Below the pieces are notes generated by a model that was given only the letters and a program-made list of their open reading frames with translations, was not told the origin of the DNA and ran no database searches. From a virus: DNA of 64,000 nt. The position numbers and the translations under genes are program-made. This document shows positions 1-8,952 of this stretch, in pieces. The stretch spans positions 1-64,000 of the IMG/VR virus record IMGVR_UViG_3300013093_000022; one strand, written 5' to 3'. How positions within the stretch are numbered: the stretch's first letter is position 1; every line of letters begins with the position of its first letter.

Positions 1-181
1 GGTCCGCGTCCCAGTCGGAGACGGCGTACAGTTCGTCCCACAGGTCGTTGTCCTCGCGGCGCTTTCCGGACATTCCAGGCCGGACCGGGAGGGCCTGCAG
101 GGCCGTCAGGGCGGCGGCGTGGTGCTCGACCGGCACCGTCCACTTCAGCCCGGCCACGATGGTGTCAGAAGCCTGCTTCAT
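1..181 (-). CDS. hypothetical protein, runs off window start
   Basis: ATG at 181 overlaps the stop of 178..450 (ATGA); frame MKQASDTIVAGLKW... stays open to the window edge. Confidence 0.6.
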   Translation of the reverse strand, partial: MKQASDTIVAGLKWTVPVEHHAAALTALQALPVRPGMSGKRREDNDLWDELYAVSDWDAD

Positions 182-450
182 GCCGACACCTCCGACACGC
201 CCAGGAGTTCCCGCTCCCACTCGGCGACGGGGGCGCGACGGGACTCCCGAACGGCCAGGGCGTACGACGAGATCACGCTCAGCGCCCCAGCCTCGTCGCC
301 GACGTGGACGGCGGACTGCACCCACGCCGCCGTGTTGAAACGACCGGCCGTGTGGCCGATCAAGGCGAGCCTCGCCGCGACCGAGTCGACGGTGTTACCG
401 CCGTCACCGGCCAGCAGCGACGCGACGACCCTTCCGAGTCCGATGGCCAT
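178..450 (-). CDS. hypothetical protein
   Basis: AGGAGAAG RBS before ATG; downstream of ECF-type promoter motif. Confidence 0.7.
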   Translation of the reverse strand: MAIGLGRVVASLLAGDGGNTVDSVAARLALIGHTAGRFNTAAWVQSAVHVGDEAGALSVISSYALAVRESRRAPVAEWERELLGVSEVSA

Positions 451-489
451 TTCTTCTCCTTGAGGTTGGCGGTGCCTTACACGGGGTGT

Positions 490-516
490 AACGCGGGCGG
501 GGTCCGGTTTATTCCC
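490..516 (-). promoter_or_regulatory. ECF (SigH/SigR-type) promoter motif copy 1
   Basis: minus strand GGGAATAAA, GGAAT-N18-GTTA; TAA is the stop of 509..772. Confidence 0.75.
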
Positions 517-772
517 CGGCCGTGTCGTTGCAGTGGCGCTGGCACGACATCTTGGCGTGATCCAGCGTGTGCTTCATTGAGAACTCGGGCATCGCCCAGG
601 CGACCGGGGTCACGCGGCTCTCGTCGTCGTCGTCGACGTTGAACTTGACGTAGTCCATCGACCAGTAGGCCCGACCCTGCGGGTCCTTGTACCGGTCGAT
701 GAAGTAGGCACCGTCCAGGAAGTAGGCCCGGTGGCCGGAAACGGTGTTCTTCCACTGCAATGCTTGCCTCAT
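509..772 (-). CDS. hypothetical protein (probably leaderless)
   Basis: ATG 9 nt after promoter GTT; ends inside next promoter motif. Confidence 0.75.
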   Translation of the reverse strand: MRQALQWKNTVSGHRAYFLDGAYFIDRYKDPQGRAYWSMDYVKFNVDDDDESRVTPVAWAMPEFSMKHTLDHAKMSCQRHCNDTAGE

Positions 773-781
773 AACCGTTCC

Positions 782-808
782 AACATAGGGGGCGGCCGGT
801 TTATTCCC
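782..808 (-). promoter_or_regulatory. ECF-type promoter motif copy 2
   Basis: GGGAATAAAccggccgccccctatGTTGGAACGGTTATG. Confidence 0.8.
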
Positions 809-1229
809 GGGAACCGTCCTGAGCGCCCGCGAGGGCGATGACCTGACGGCCCAGTTCGCCGTCGGGCTTGATGAAATCCGGCTTGAACGTCGCTTCGTGG
901 ACGACGCCGATCCGCTGCTGGCCGTCGTCGTCCAGGTACACCAGGAAATTGACGCTCCTGAAGTTGACCAGCGTGCCCTCGGGTGCCTGGTCGACGGGCA
1001 CCAAGCTGAAAAGAGCAGACCTCTTCAGCGGCTGCACGCCGTGGATTTCCCTGTCACGCTGCTGGCGGCGAAGATACCGGTCATGGTTCTTGACCGAAAT
1101 CCGGTGGACGCCGACCGTGGAGTCGACTCGAACCCTGATGTACATCTCGCACACCGGGCACACGTCGCCCATGTAGCCCGGGAAGGCGTTGATGGGCTGC
1201 TCCGAACCGGGGCAAATGTTTTGAGCCAT
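801..1229 (-). CDS. hypothetical protein with CPG..CPVC..H putative Zn site
   Basis: start reassigned to MAQNICPG (ATG 9 nt after promoter GTT). Confidence 0.7.
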   Translation of the reverse strand: MAQNICPGSEQPINAFPGYMGDVCPVCEMYIRVRVDSTVGVHRISVKNHDRYLRRQQRDREIHGVQPLKRSALFSLVPVDQAPEGTLVNFRSVNFLVYLDDDGQQRIGVVHEATFKPDFIKPDGELGRQVIALAGAQDGSRE

Positions 1230-1238
1230 ACCCGTTCC

Positions 1239-1265
1239 AACACAGGGGGCGGACGGTTTATTCCC
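1239..1265 (-). promoter_or_regulatory. ECF-type promoter motif copy 3
   Basis: GGGAATAAAccgtccgccccctgtGTTGGAACGGGTATG. Confidence 0.8.
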
Positions 1266-1674
1266 GCACCGCGCCCAGAACACGCAGCGCCGCCGAAGCC
1301 GGGTCCTCGTGCTCCCACACCCGCACCACCCGCCACCCGGCGGCGGCCAGCCTCGAGTCGGTGTCGCGGTCGCGGGCCCGGTTGCCGGCCACCTTCCCGG
1401 CCCAGTAGTCGCGGTTCGTCGCGGGCGTCGAGTGGTGGTCGGGGCAGCCGTGCCAGAAGCAGCCGTCCAGGAAGACCGCCACCCTCGCCTTGGTGAACGC
1501 CAGGTCGGCGGTGCGCCGCAGCCCCTCGAGCGGGCGGTGAGACACCCGGTACCGCAGGCCCAAGGCGTGGACCGCCGAGCGTAGCGCCAGCTCCGGCCCG
1601 GTGTCGCGGCCCTTGTTGCCGCGCATGCTGGCCCGCACCCGGGGCGAGGACGCCCACGACCCGGTGGGCGTCAC
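1258..1674 (-). CDS. vsr: very short patch repair endonuclease
   Basis: SMRGNKGRDTGPEL, ADLAF, VFLDGCFWHGCPDH, YWAGKVAGNRARD, GWRVVRVWEHE: full Vsr signature. Confidence 0.93.
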   Translation of the reverse strand: MTPTGSWASSPRVRASMRGNKGRDTGPELALRSAVHALGLRYRVSHRPLEGLRRTADLAFTKARVAVFLDGCFWHGCPDHHSTPATNRDYWAGKVAGNRARDRDTDSRLAAAGWRVVRVWEHEDPASAALRVLGAVRE

Positions 1675-2207
1675 CCCCCGCACCTCTCCGCGACCGCGTC
1701 ACCCGGCTCGACCCCGGTCGTGAACTCAACCGTGTGCAGAGCGGCGTCGGTCGCCCGGTCGAGGTTCGGCTCGTCGTCGACGCACACGGTGAACGTGACC
1801 GAGTCGCCGGCCCTCGACACCGAGGCCTGATAGAAGCGGCCGATCTCGTCCTCCCACAGGTCCATCAACTGCTGGATGGTCACCGAGGTCGTCACCCGGA
1901 CCGTCGGCGTCCCACGGGAACGCTGGACGGCCGCAGTCCACTCCTCCGGCGTGACGTCGGGCAGGCCCAGGTCGCGGGCCGTCTGGGCCAGCCTGTCGAT
2001 CAACAACTCCCTCTCAGTGGGGGACGTTTCCTGCTCCATGCCCTGCCCATCCTCTCCCGATAACATTTCGTCGATCAACTGTAACTCCGTCCACGCCGAA
2101 AGCTCGACGCCGGTCAGGTAGTTCCGCTCGGCCAGGCGCTGCAATTCCTCGAAGGTGGTGCCCAAACCCGACAGGATCCGGTTTCGGCGCTCGACCGGCC
2201 CGGCCAA
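1671..2207 (-). CDS. hypothetical protein
   Basis: packed ORF in minus-strand array, GTGA overlap with vsr; start uncertain. Confidence 0.6.
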   Translation of the reverse strand: MAGPVERRNRILSGLGTTFEELQRLAERNYLTGVELSAWTELQLIDEMLSGEDGQGMEQETSPTERELLIDRLAQTARDLGLPDVTPEEWTAAVQRSRGTPTVRVTTSVTIQQLMDLWEDEIGRFYQASVSRAGDSVTFTVCVDDEPNLDRATDAALHTVEFTTGVEPGDAVAERCGG

Positions 2208-2795
2208 CTACAGGTCACCCTCGTCGACCTGAACGTACTCCCCGGGCTCTGCGGCCCAGTCCCACGCGGCCAGAGAGCCATCCTGCTCCCTCAACACACC
2301 CGGGGTCTCGTCGTCGCCGTCGAGGACCTCGGCCACCAGATCGTCCCGCCCCTGGCCCGGCTCGGTGCTCGGCCCGACCTTGCCGATGACATCCACGGCG
2401 TGGCGGAGCCGTTCCACCAGGGCCGACCGGATCTGGGAGTTCTGTTTGTCGACCGACTCCTCGACCTTGCGGCGCAACTCGGCGATCCCCTCACCCAACT
2501 GGTCCCACACGCTCCGGTCGGGGTCGATCGTCAGCAGGACCGACAGCGGCCGGTTGTCCTCGCCGCAGCCGTGGCTGTGGTCGTGGCCTCCCAACACCTC
2601 GCCCGTCTCGTAGTCGATCCACCGGTCGGGGCGGGGATTGTCGGTCGGGATCTGCTGGCCGCACCGGCCGCACCGGTGGCGGTCCATCTTGGTGATCTCC
2701 ACGGTCCCGGAGTGGGGGTGCCAGAAACCCATGTCGGGGTAGAGACGGTTCATCTCGTCGACCGCAAGGTCGATCCGGTCGAAGACTGCGGTCAC
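2208..2795 (-). CDS. hypothetical protein with CxxC...HxC
   Basis: AGGAG RBS and GTGA overlap with 2792..3196. Confidence 0.65.
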   Translation of the reverse strand: MTAVFDRIDLAVDEMNRLYPDMGFWHPHSGTVEITKMDRHRCGRCGQQIPTDNPRPDRWIDYETGEVLGGHDHSHGCGEDNRPLSVLLTIDPDRSVWDQLGEGIAELRRKVEESVDKQNSQIRSALVERLRHAVDVIGKVGPSTEPGQGRDDLVAEVLDGDDETPGVLREQDGSLAAWDWAAEPGEYVQVDEGDL

Positions 2796-3196
2796 TTGGC
2801 AACTCCTTTTCGGTTCTTCCATTGGGTCAAAACATCGGCATTCGCGACCGCGACCAGCTTTCCCCGGCAGAAGACAGGCCCCTGGCCCACGATCGGGGCC
2901 AGTTCTAGGGCACGCCTCACCATCGGCTCGACAGCACGATCGGTAATAGACACCTTCAGCCACTGGCGTTCCTTTTCGTACTTACGTTCGGCCTCTGCCT
3001 CCCTCTCGACGACCTTGCCGAGGATGACCTCGCGGACAAGCAGTGTGATGCACGGCACGGCGGCTGGGGCGTGCCCGTCCTCATCGCGGTTCGTGTGCGT
3101 GTGGCCGCACTCGGCGACGACCCGGCCGTCATCGTCTTTCAGGACGCCGGTCCAGCGGCCCGGCACCCCGGTGTAGGAGATGTGGAGAGCGGTCAT
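2792..3196 (-). CDS. hypothetical protein (CGHTH motif)
   Basis: ATGA overlap with upstream gene. Confidence 0.7.
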   Translation of the reverse strand: MTALHISYTGVPGRWTGVLKDDDGRVVAECGHTHTNRDEDGHAPAAVPCITLLVREVILGKVVEREAEAERKYEKERQWLKVSITDRAVEPMVRRALELAPIVGQGPVFCRGKLVAVANADVLTQWKNRKGVAK

Positions 3197-3528
3197 TTCT
3201 TCCTCTCATTGTCCGCGCCGTCGGCGTGGGCCTGGCAGGCGATGACGGCCAGCTTCTTGGTGAAGGTCGAATCGCTCTTGAAGAAAGTGGGGTCGTAATT
3301 GGTGAGGGAGACCAGCAGGCGAACCTCGTTGTACTTGACGGAATTGCCGTCTCGGTGAACGGTGACGAACTCGGCCTTCCAGAAGTTGTACGTCGTGCCG
3401 CCGCCGAACCGGCCCAGCACACTCTCCTGAACCTTGCTGACCGCGTAGAAATGGTCGTCGTCCACTTGGGCGTAATAGTCGCCCAAGTGCCAGCCGTCGC
3501 CCCGGTGCCAGGTGAGGGTGGTGGTCAT
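3193..3528 (-). CDS. hypothetical protein
   Basis: GAGGAGAGG RBS before MTTTLTW; weak resemblance to 509..772. Confidence 0.7.
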   Translation of the reverse strand: MTTTLTWHRGDGWHLGDYYAQVDDDHFYAVSKVQESVLGRFGGGTTYNFWKAEFVTVHRDGNSVKYNEVRLLVSLTNYDPTFFKSDSTFTKKLAVIACQAHADGADNERKK

Positions 3529-3559
3529 TTCCTCTCCTCGTTGTTCGCGCTTTTGGGCA

Positions 3560-3778
3560 TCAGTTGTCGTAGCCGTAGCTTTTGGCGATGGCGTCCAGCG
3601 CGTCACGCAGGCCGATGACCATATCGAGGTCGAACCCGCGCAGTTCGACGTCGTGGCTGCCGCCGGAGTTGAACGAAAGGGCCACCACGGCACCACGTGC
3701 GGCGTCGTACTTGTCGGGCTGGGTCAGATGAATCCGCATCAAACCGGAATTGATGCTGGCGATGATGTTCTCAGTCAT
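3560..3778 (-). CDS. hypothetical protein (probably leaderless)
   Basis: ATG 9 nt after promoter GTT. Confidence 0.7.
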   Translation of the reverse strand: MTENIIASINSGLMRIHLTQPDKYDAARGAVVALSFNSGGSHDVELRGFDLDMVIGLRDALDAIAKSYGYDN

Positions 3779-3787
3779 GCCGGGTTC

Positions 3788-3814
3788 AACATAGGAGGGA
3801 TCCTATTTATTCCC
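3788..3814 (-). promoter_or_regulatory. ECF-type promoter motif copy 4
   Basis: GGGAATAAAtaggatccctcctatGTTGAACCCGGCATG. Confidence 0.8.
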
Positions 3815-3946
3815 GACGGCCCGTTCCGATAAATCGGCCCCTCCGTCGCAGACGGAGAACGCCCTTAAGCCGAACAAAACGAGCACAGCGACCCACACGG
3901 CCCCCGAACCGGCCCCAGTTGGCCGCTAAGCCACGAAAAGCAGGCT

Positions 3947-4198
3947 TTAAGGGTTCCGGTCGGCCTCAATCTTTTCGGCCTCGTTGACGACCTCCCAATA
4001 CGACCAGTCGCGGTCGGGCCGGTCGTCCAGACGGATCAACACCTCCGCCGCGTCCCGGACCTGACGGGACGTCAGAGGGGGCTTCCTGTCCAGGATGCCC
4101 GGGCCTCCCCGATCCTCGTCCGGAAACCAGAACTCGGGAGGCGGGAACAGCACGTCCAGGATCGACGACACCCGGAACTCCCTCAACCTCTTGAACAT
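3947..4198 (-). CDS. hypothetical protein
   Basis: abuts the stop of the upstream gene (TGATG). Confidence 0.6.
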   Translation of the reverse strand: MFKRLREFRVSSILDVLFPPPEFWFPDEDRGGPGILDRKPPLTSRQVRDAAEVLIRLDDRPDRDWSYWEVVNEAEKIEADRNP

Positions 4199-4554
4199 CA
4201 GCCCAGGTGTCCCGGCTCGTCGGGCAGGACCGTCTGCGGTGTCACCACGTACTGCTCCTCATCGGTCACGTTGTCGTCCACCCAGCCGCCCGGGTAGCTG
4301 GAGCAGTACGTGGAGTACGACCCTCCCGAGCACGACGTGGTCGCCGGGACGTAGTGGGCCGGGATGTACTCCAGACGGGCCCTCACCCAGCTACCGTCGG
4401 CCCCGACCGGGCCGTCGCACAGGATCCGGCGTGCGCTGCCCAGGAAGCCCCACGGCACCCCGTCGCAGTTCGGGTGGCCCGGGATCGGGTTCGCGGACGC
4501 GGTGGGGCAGGACAGCAGACCCACCGCCAAGGCGAAAACCAACAGGGCTTTCAC
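4198..4554 (-). CDS. secreted CDGP-domain protein
   Basis: signal peptide ending ASA; NCDGVPWGFLG..RILCDGPVGADGSW motif typical of mycobacterial CDGP proteins. Confidence 0.75.
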   Translation of the reverse strand: MKALLVFALAVGLLSCPTASANPIPGHPNCDGVPWGFLGSARRILCDGPVGADGSWVRARLEYIPAHYVPATTSCSGGSYSTYCSSYPGGWVDDNVTDEEQYVVTPQTVLPDEPGHLG

Positions 4555-4751
4555 TCGACCGGCACCGGCTTGGCGGGCAGCACCGGCTCCCACTCCTCGA
4601 CCCGGCCGCAGAACCAGCAGCCCTCGCGCTTCATGACGAACAGGCCGTGCGAGTCAAGCACCACCGAACCGTCGGGCAGGACGTCCAAGTCCCCCGCCTT
4701 CTCCAACACCATCTGATCTTCTCCTTCCATCGGGGGCGGCCGAATCGGCCC

Positions 4752-5159
4752 CTACACCAACTCCGCCAACTGCTCCATCATGGCCACGCGGAACTTCCGG
4801 TCCTTGCGGAAATACTCGACGAGGATCCTTTCGAGCAGAGACGTGTCGACCGGCTCTCCGGCCTCGATCCTCCTCGGCTCCACGTAATCCTCGGGCTTCA
4901 CGGTGACCGGAGGGGTCACCGGGTCGTCCTTCAGGTGGAAGTCGCCCTGCTCGGCCAGCGAGTACAGCCGGTCCGACAAAGAATCGAGGCCCTCCCGGGT
5001 GCCCGTCGCCTCGTTCACCTTCATCCTCACCACGTCGGCCATAGCATCGGCCAGCGACTCCCACCTCTGCTTGTACTGGTCCGAGTACAGTTCCCAATAG
5101 TTGGCACCGCCGCCCAACCACAGCTTGTACAACTCGTAACCTGCGCCGTCGTCAGACAC
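4752..5159 (-). CDS. hypothetical protein
   Basis: GGGGAAA RBS, typical codon usage. Confidence 0.65.
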   Translation of the reverse strand: MSDDGAGYELYKLWLGGGANYWELYSDQYKQRWESLADAMADVVRMKVNEATGTREGLDSLSDRLYSLAEQGDFHLKDDPVTPPVTVKPEDYVEPRRIEAGEPVDTSLLERILVEYFRKDRKFRVAMMEQLAELV

Positions 5160-5383
5160 GACTTTCCCCTATCGATTCTTCCACAAGTCCAACCCCGACA
5201 AGACTAGCAGGAAAAGGACCACCGCCAACGGGATCAGGGCGAAACTACTCATCGCCACCCCCGGGCAGTTGGACGTCCACGATCGGTTTCTTCCTGTGTT
5301 CGCCCATCAACAAAGCCACCGAACCGTCGAAGGTTCGGGTGATCGCCTTCATGGCCTCGCTGATCGACTCGGGCCAGTTACGT

Positions 5384-5605
5384 TCAGACATTCGGCGGCT
5401 CCTGCATCATCGAGAAAGCTCCCTCCCGAGACGACTCAACCACCTCGGACTGGTACTGGAGCCACTCCAGGGGGGTCATCCTCTTCCGGAGGTGTGACTG
5501 GAGCGCGCTTATCTCGGCCATCATGATGCGGATCGCCTGCCGCCGGATCTCCAGGTCGTGCCTGATGTCGTCGACGGCCTCCGGGAAGGGGGCGTACTCG
5601 GTCAC
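5384..5605 (-). CDS. hypothetical protein
   Basis: GTGA overlap with the glycosyltransferase stop. Confidence 0.55.
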   Translation of the reverse strand: MTEYAPFPEAVDDIRHDLEIRRQAIRIMMAEISALQSHLRKRMTPLEWLQYQSEVVESSREGAFSMMQEPPNV

Positions 5606-6291
5606 AGCTCCGCCGAGCCTTTCGTCCAGTCGGGGAACGAGGCCCGGATCCAGGCACGCCGGACCTCGGGCAGGTCCTCCCCGCCCGCCGAGTCTGGGGT
5701 CACCAAGGCAGTCCTCCCGTTTCGTGGCTGGCCGTCGCCGTGATCCTTGACCAGGGTCGGCCCGTCGAGGTGGTCGACGAGGCTCTGGCGGCAGAACCCG
5801 ACCTTGATCGACCTGTTGCGGCACCAGGCGCTCAGGGCCTCGTCGGGTGGCATCTTACCGCGAGCCATACGCAGATTCAAAAACTTGATCGCGTCCTTGA
5901 ACATGTAGACCGGCATCGCGTACCCTTGGGCGCTCAACAGGTCGGGCGCTACCAGGTAGCTGACGTCGGCGGCGATCCTCTGGGCGATGCGCTGCTGGTA
6001 GGCCAGGGGCCTGCCCCGGCCCAGGTACAGCGACAGGACCGGCGTCGGGGAGCCCTCCAAGGCCCTCGAGAGGTGGGTCCGGAAACCTGACATGGGGACC
6101 ACGTCGTCCTCCAGGACGACGCCCCACTCCCTGTCCCGGTGCTCGGCCATCCACTGCCAGGCACGGAGGTGGTTGCGGCCCGCCCCCAGCCCGCAGTCGT
6201 CCCACAGGATCACCTCGGCGTTGACCTGCTCGGCCAAGGACTCGGCCAGCTTGCGTCGCGCCGGGTGGGCGACTATGGCGATGGGGATCAC
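5602..6291 (-). CDS. glycosyltransferase (GT-A fold, mycobacteriophage type)
   Basis: IAIVAHPAR, NHLRAW, WGVVLEDDVVP, LSLYLG, SLVDHLDGP motifs. Confidence 0.75.
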   Translation of the reverse strand: MIPIAIVAHPARRKLAESLAEQVNAEVILWDDCGLGAGRNHLRAWQWMAEHRDREWGVVLEDDVVPMSGFRTHLSRALEGSPTPVLSLYLGRGRPLAYQQRIAQRIAADVSYLVAPDLLSAQGYAMPVYMFKDAIKFLNLRMARGKMPPDEALSAWCRNRSIKVGFCRQSLVDHLDGPTLVKDHGDGQPRNGRTALVTPDSAGGEDLPEVRRAWIRASFPDWTKGSAEL

Positions 6292-6635
6292 GGCCGGGGT
6301 GGCCTCTTCGTCGCCGCCCACAAGGTTTCGTGGGCACCGTTCTCGAACCCTGACAGCCAGGCGTACACGATCTCGTACGGGGCCGGCCCCCCGGCGGAGT
6401 GCCTGGTCCGGACCTCGAAGCACTCCTCGCCCCCGACCTCGGTCTCGACGACCCGGATGTGGTGGCCGGCCCGGTGCTCGATCAGGGCCGCGAAGTGGCG
6501 CAGGGTCTGAAGGTGGGGCCAGTCGACGCCGAACTTCGGGTTCACCACGTAGCCGACGGTCTTGATCTCCTTACGGGTCTCGCCCGTGTTGAGGGTGACG
6601 TTCACCTCCTCGGTGATCGGGTCGTAGGTCACCAC
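6288..6635 (-). CDS. hypothetical protein
   Basis: packed ORF; start uncertain. Confidence 0.5.
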   Translation of the reverse strand: MVTYDPITEEVNVTLNTGETRKEIKTVGYVVNPKFGVDWPHLQTLRHFAALIEHRAGHHIRVVETEVGGEECFEVRTRHSAGGPAPYEIVYAWLSGFENGAHETLWAATKRPPRP

Positions 6636-6655
6636 CGGCGGCGTGTAGTCCCAGT

Positions 6656-6826
6656 CTAGAGCCGCTGGATCGCCGTCGCGCACAGCAGGGCCAGGTAGGC
6701 CAGGTGCCGGTTCTGGGTGAACGTCGGGTCCGGCTTCGTCAGCAGCCATTCGGCGATCTCCTTGGTCGTGAGGGGCTCGGGCATCGCCCGGAGGGCGGCG
6801 AGGAAGTCGTCGAGCGAGCTCGCCAT
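6656..6826 (-). CDS. small hypothetical protein ending LA..A.QRL
   Basis: resembles 42870..43091 and 46896..47129; start uncertain. Confidence 0.5.
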   Translation of the reverse strand: MASSLDDFLAALRAMPEPLTTKEIAEWLLTKPDPTFTQNRHLAYLALLCATAIQRL

Positions 6827-6857
6827 GACATCGAGTCCGATCAGGTCGACGGTCAGG

Positions 6858-7148
6858 CTAATCTTCACTGTCTTCGGTTTTCTTCCGCCGACCCCGCTGC
6901 TCACGGACCGGGGGAGGGGCGACCGGCTCAACGTCGCCCGGGAAGGACTCAGGTGAGATCTCGGCCGGGGTGGACACCACCAAGGTCTCGGCCGGTGTCG
7001 GGGCCCTCGAGTCGTCGGCGCACCCCTTGTGGGCCAGATAGGGGGTTTTCGGAACCCCCAGCAGGACGTGGCCGATCGGGGTCATCTGGTCGATCTGGCG
7101 GCCGCACAGGCCGCACGAACCGAGGCTGGTCGCCTTCGTCTCCCCCAC
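6858..7148 (-). CDS. hypothetical protein, CxxC...HxxC Zn finger
   Basis: SCGLCGRQI...AHKGCAD. Confidence 0.6.
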   Translation of the reverse strand: MGETKATSLGSCGLCGRQIDQMTPIGHVLLGVPKTPYLAHKGCADDSRAPTPAETLVVSTPAEISPESFPGDVEPVAPPPVREQRGRRKKTEDSED

Positions 7149-7150
7149 GG

Positions 7151-7333
7151 TCAGTCCTTCCCGTCGACGATGATCTCGAACTGGACCCTCCCCGGGTCGT
7201 AGTCGGGGTGGCGCTCCGACAGCCTCCCGCACAGGAAGCCCGTGTGGAAAGCGTACAGTTCCCTGTCGCCCACGTCGAAGGGGCCGACCAGGTCCTGGTC
7301 GTCTCCGTAGGTGATCCTGACCTGGCCGTTCAC
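7151..7333 (-). CDS. hypothetical protein
   Basis: GTGA overlap. Confidence 0.6.
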   Translation of the reverse strand: MNGQVRITYGDDQDLVGPFDVGDRELYAFHTGFLCGRLSERHPDYDPGRVQFEIIVDGKD

Positions 7334-7578
7334 GCGATCCCCTTCCTGATGTGGTCGGCGTCCTCGCCGATCCTCGACGGCACCGTCGCGGCGTACGCGA
7401 TGACCTCCTTGGCGGCCTCACCGACCCACTGGGGCATGTTGGCGGTCGTCCCGTTGGCGGCCAGCCAGTGGCTGTAAATGATCGCCGAGACGCGCTCACG
7501 GACCGGCGACAGGGGAGGGGCATCGTTCTGGGTCGAACCCCAATCGGTCACCCCCTGACCCGAGACGATTCTCTTCAT
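7330..7578 (-). CDS. hypothetical protein
   Basis: ATGA overlap, start MKRIVSG. Confidence 0.6.
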   Translation of the reverse strand: MKRIVSGQGVTDWGSTQNDAPPLSPVRERVSAIIYSHWLAANGTTANMPQWVGEAAKEVIAYAATVPSRIGEDADHIRKGIA

Positions 7579-7835
7579 CCGACAAGCCTCTCTGGGGGAA
7601 GGGCGGGGTATTCGTCCGCCTCGGGGAGTGGGGCCATCTTGTTGACCGCGTCGGCGATCGTGTCGCGCAGCCGCCGGGGGTCGTAGTCCAGCCTCCACCC
7701 GAGTGACTCCAAGCACTTGAGGACGGCGCTCGAGAACTGGTTGACGTTGCCCCTCGTCAGGACGACGTCCCCCGGCTCCAAGAAGCGCTCCAAGACGTAC
7801 ACCAGGATCGCCTCCTGGTCCTTGGGCGACATCAC
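7575..7835 (-). CDS. hypothetical protein
   Basis: overlapping start/stop chain. Confidence 0.65.
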   Translation of the reverse strand: MMSPKDQEAILVYVLERFLEPGDVVLTRGNVNQFSSAVLKCLESLGWRLDYDPRRLRDTIADAVNKMAPLPEADEYPALPPERLVG

Positions 7836-8053
7836 GAGCCGGCCCCCAAGGTGAACTCCCTGCCGGTGAGGTTGACGTCCAGGTCGGCGGCCGCGTAACC
7901 GGCCGAGACGCTGTCCCGGAGCTGGGTGCGGAACTCTGGGCTGGCCATGTCGTCAAGCAGCTCGGCGAAAACGGCCCTGCGGCACGTCACCCTGAAACTG
8001 ATCGACTCGTCGTACAGGTTGAAGTGGATCATGACCCTCTCAGTCGCCGTCAC
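7832..8053 (-). CDS. hypothetical protein
   Basis: GGAGGAGG RBS. Confidence 0.6.
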   Translation of the reverse strand: MTATERVMIHFNLYDESISFRVTCRRAVFAELLDDMASPEFRTQLRDSVSAGYAAADLDVNLTGREFTLGAGS

Positions 8054-8291
8054 CGGCCTCCTCCATCTCTTTCTCGGTAATCGTGAAGCAACGCTCGGTG
8101 TAGGAGATGTCCATATCGTACCCGACCAAGGCCGCCCCGACGCCGTCGATCATGTTCTGGGCGAACGTCTTGGTGCCCATGCTGGTGATCACCTCGCGGT
8201 ACCCGTCAAGCGGGATCCTGGCCATCAACAGGATGACCGGGGGGTCCTCGTCAAGGCAGTACAGGACAGTCATGTCAACCGGCTCAGTCAC
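8040..8291 (-). CDS. hypothetical protein
   Basis: packed ORF. Confidence 0.6.
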   Translation of the reverse strand: MTEPVDMTVLYCLDEDPPVILLMARIPLDGYREVITSMGTKTFAQNMIDGVGAALVGYDMDISYTERCFTITEKEMEEAGDGD

Positions 8292-8311
8292 TCATCGACC
8301 CTTAAGTTTAC

Positions 8312-8701
8312 TCAGTCTCTCGGCTCGTACTTGGAGTACGGGCCGACGTACTCGGCCTCCGCCAAGACACGAACGCACTCGCTCAGGTCATCATATATCA
8401 GCATTGACGACGGCGAGGCACTGATCGCCAGCCCGGCCTCTATGCCCAGCAGTTCCTCGCAGTCAATCGGCAGCACGACCCACAACCGGCACTGGGGGTC
8501 GGCCCTGGACACGAACAGGATCTGATCCTCATAGGCCTCGACCACCCAGTCGGGCAGTCCCGAAAGGTCCGGCTCGTCGACCAGGTCGGGGCCGAAGGGA
8601 GTGTTCGCGACCAGTCGCCGGGTCAGCGCCTTGGCGTAGATCCCTCGGTTCACTTGCGGCGCTTGGCCCGCCACAGACGCCACCGGTCGCACCTCTTGCA
8701 C
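8312..8701 (-). CDS. hypothetical protein
   Basis: packed ORF; start uncertain. Confidence 0.55.
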   Translation of the reverse strand: MQEVRPVASVAGQAPQVNRGIYAKALTRRLVANTPFGPDLVDEPDLSGLPDWVVEAYEDQILFVSRADPQCRLWVVLPIDCEELLGIEAGLAISASPSSMLIYDDLSECVRVLAEAEYVGPYSKYEPRD

Positions 8702-8952
8702 TTCTGGGCGCAGTAGTCGACCTCGTTGTTGTTCGGGTCGACGACCTTACGGTTCGACTGGCACCTCTTCTGCTGGGCGATCGCCATGTCCAAGGTAAAA
8801 CTCTTCACGGACCGTGAGTGTAGTGGTCGCCGACACGATGAACAAACACGCCACCGTCACCGGGTCGCGGGTGACGATGACACACGCCACCAAGACCTTG
8901 GTGAGACAGACCAGGAGCACGGGCCCCACACCCTTTAGGGGGGCGGGAGAGG

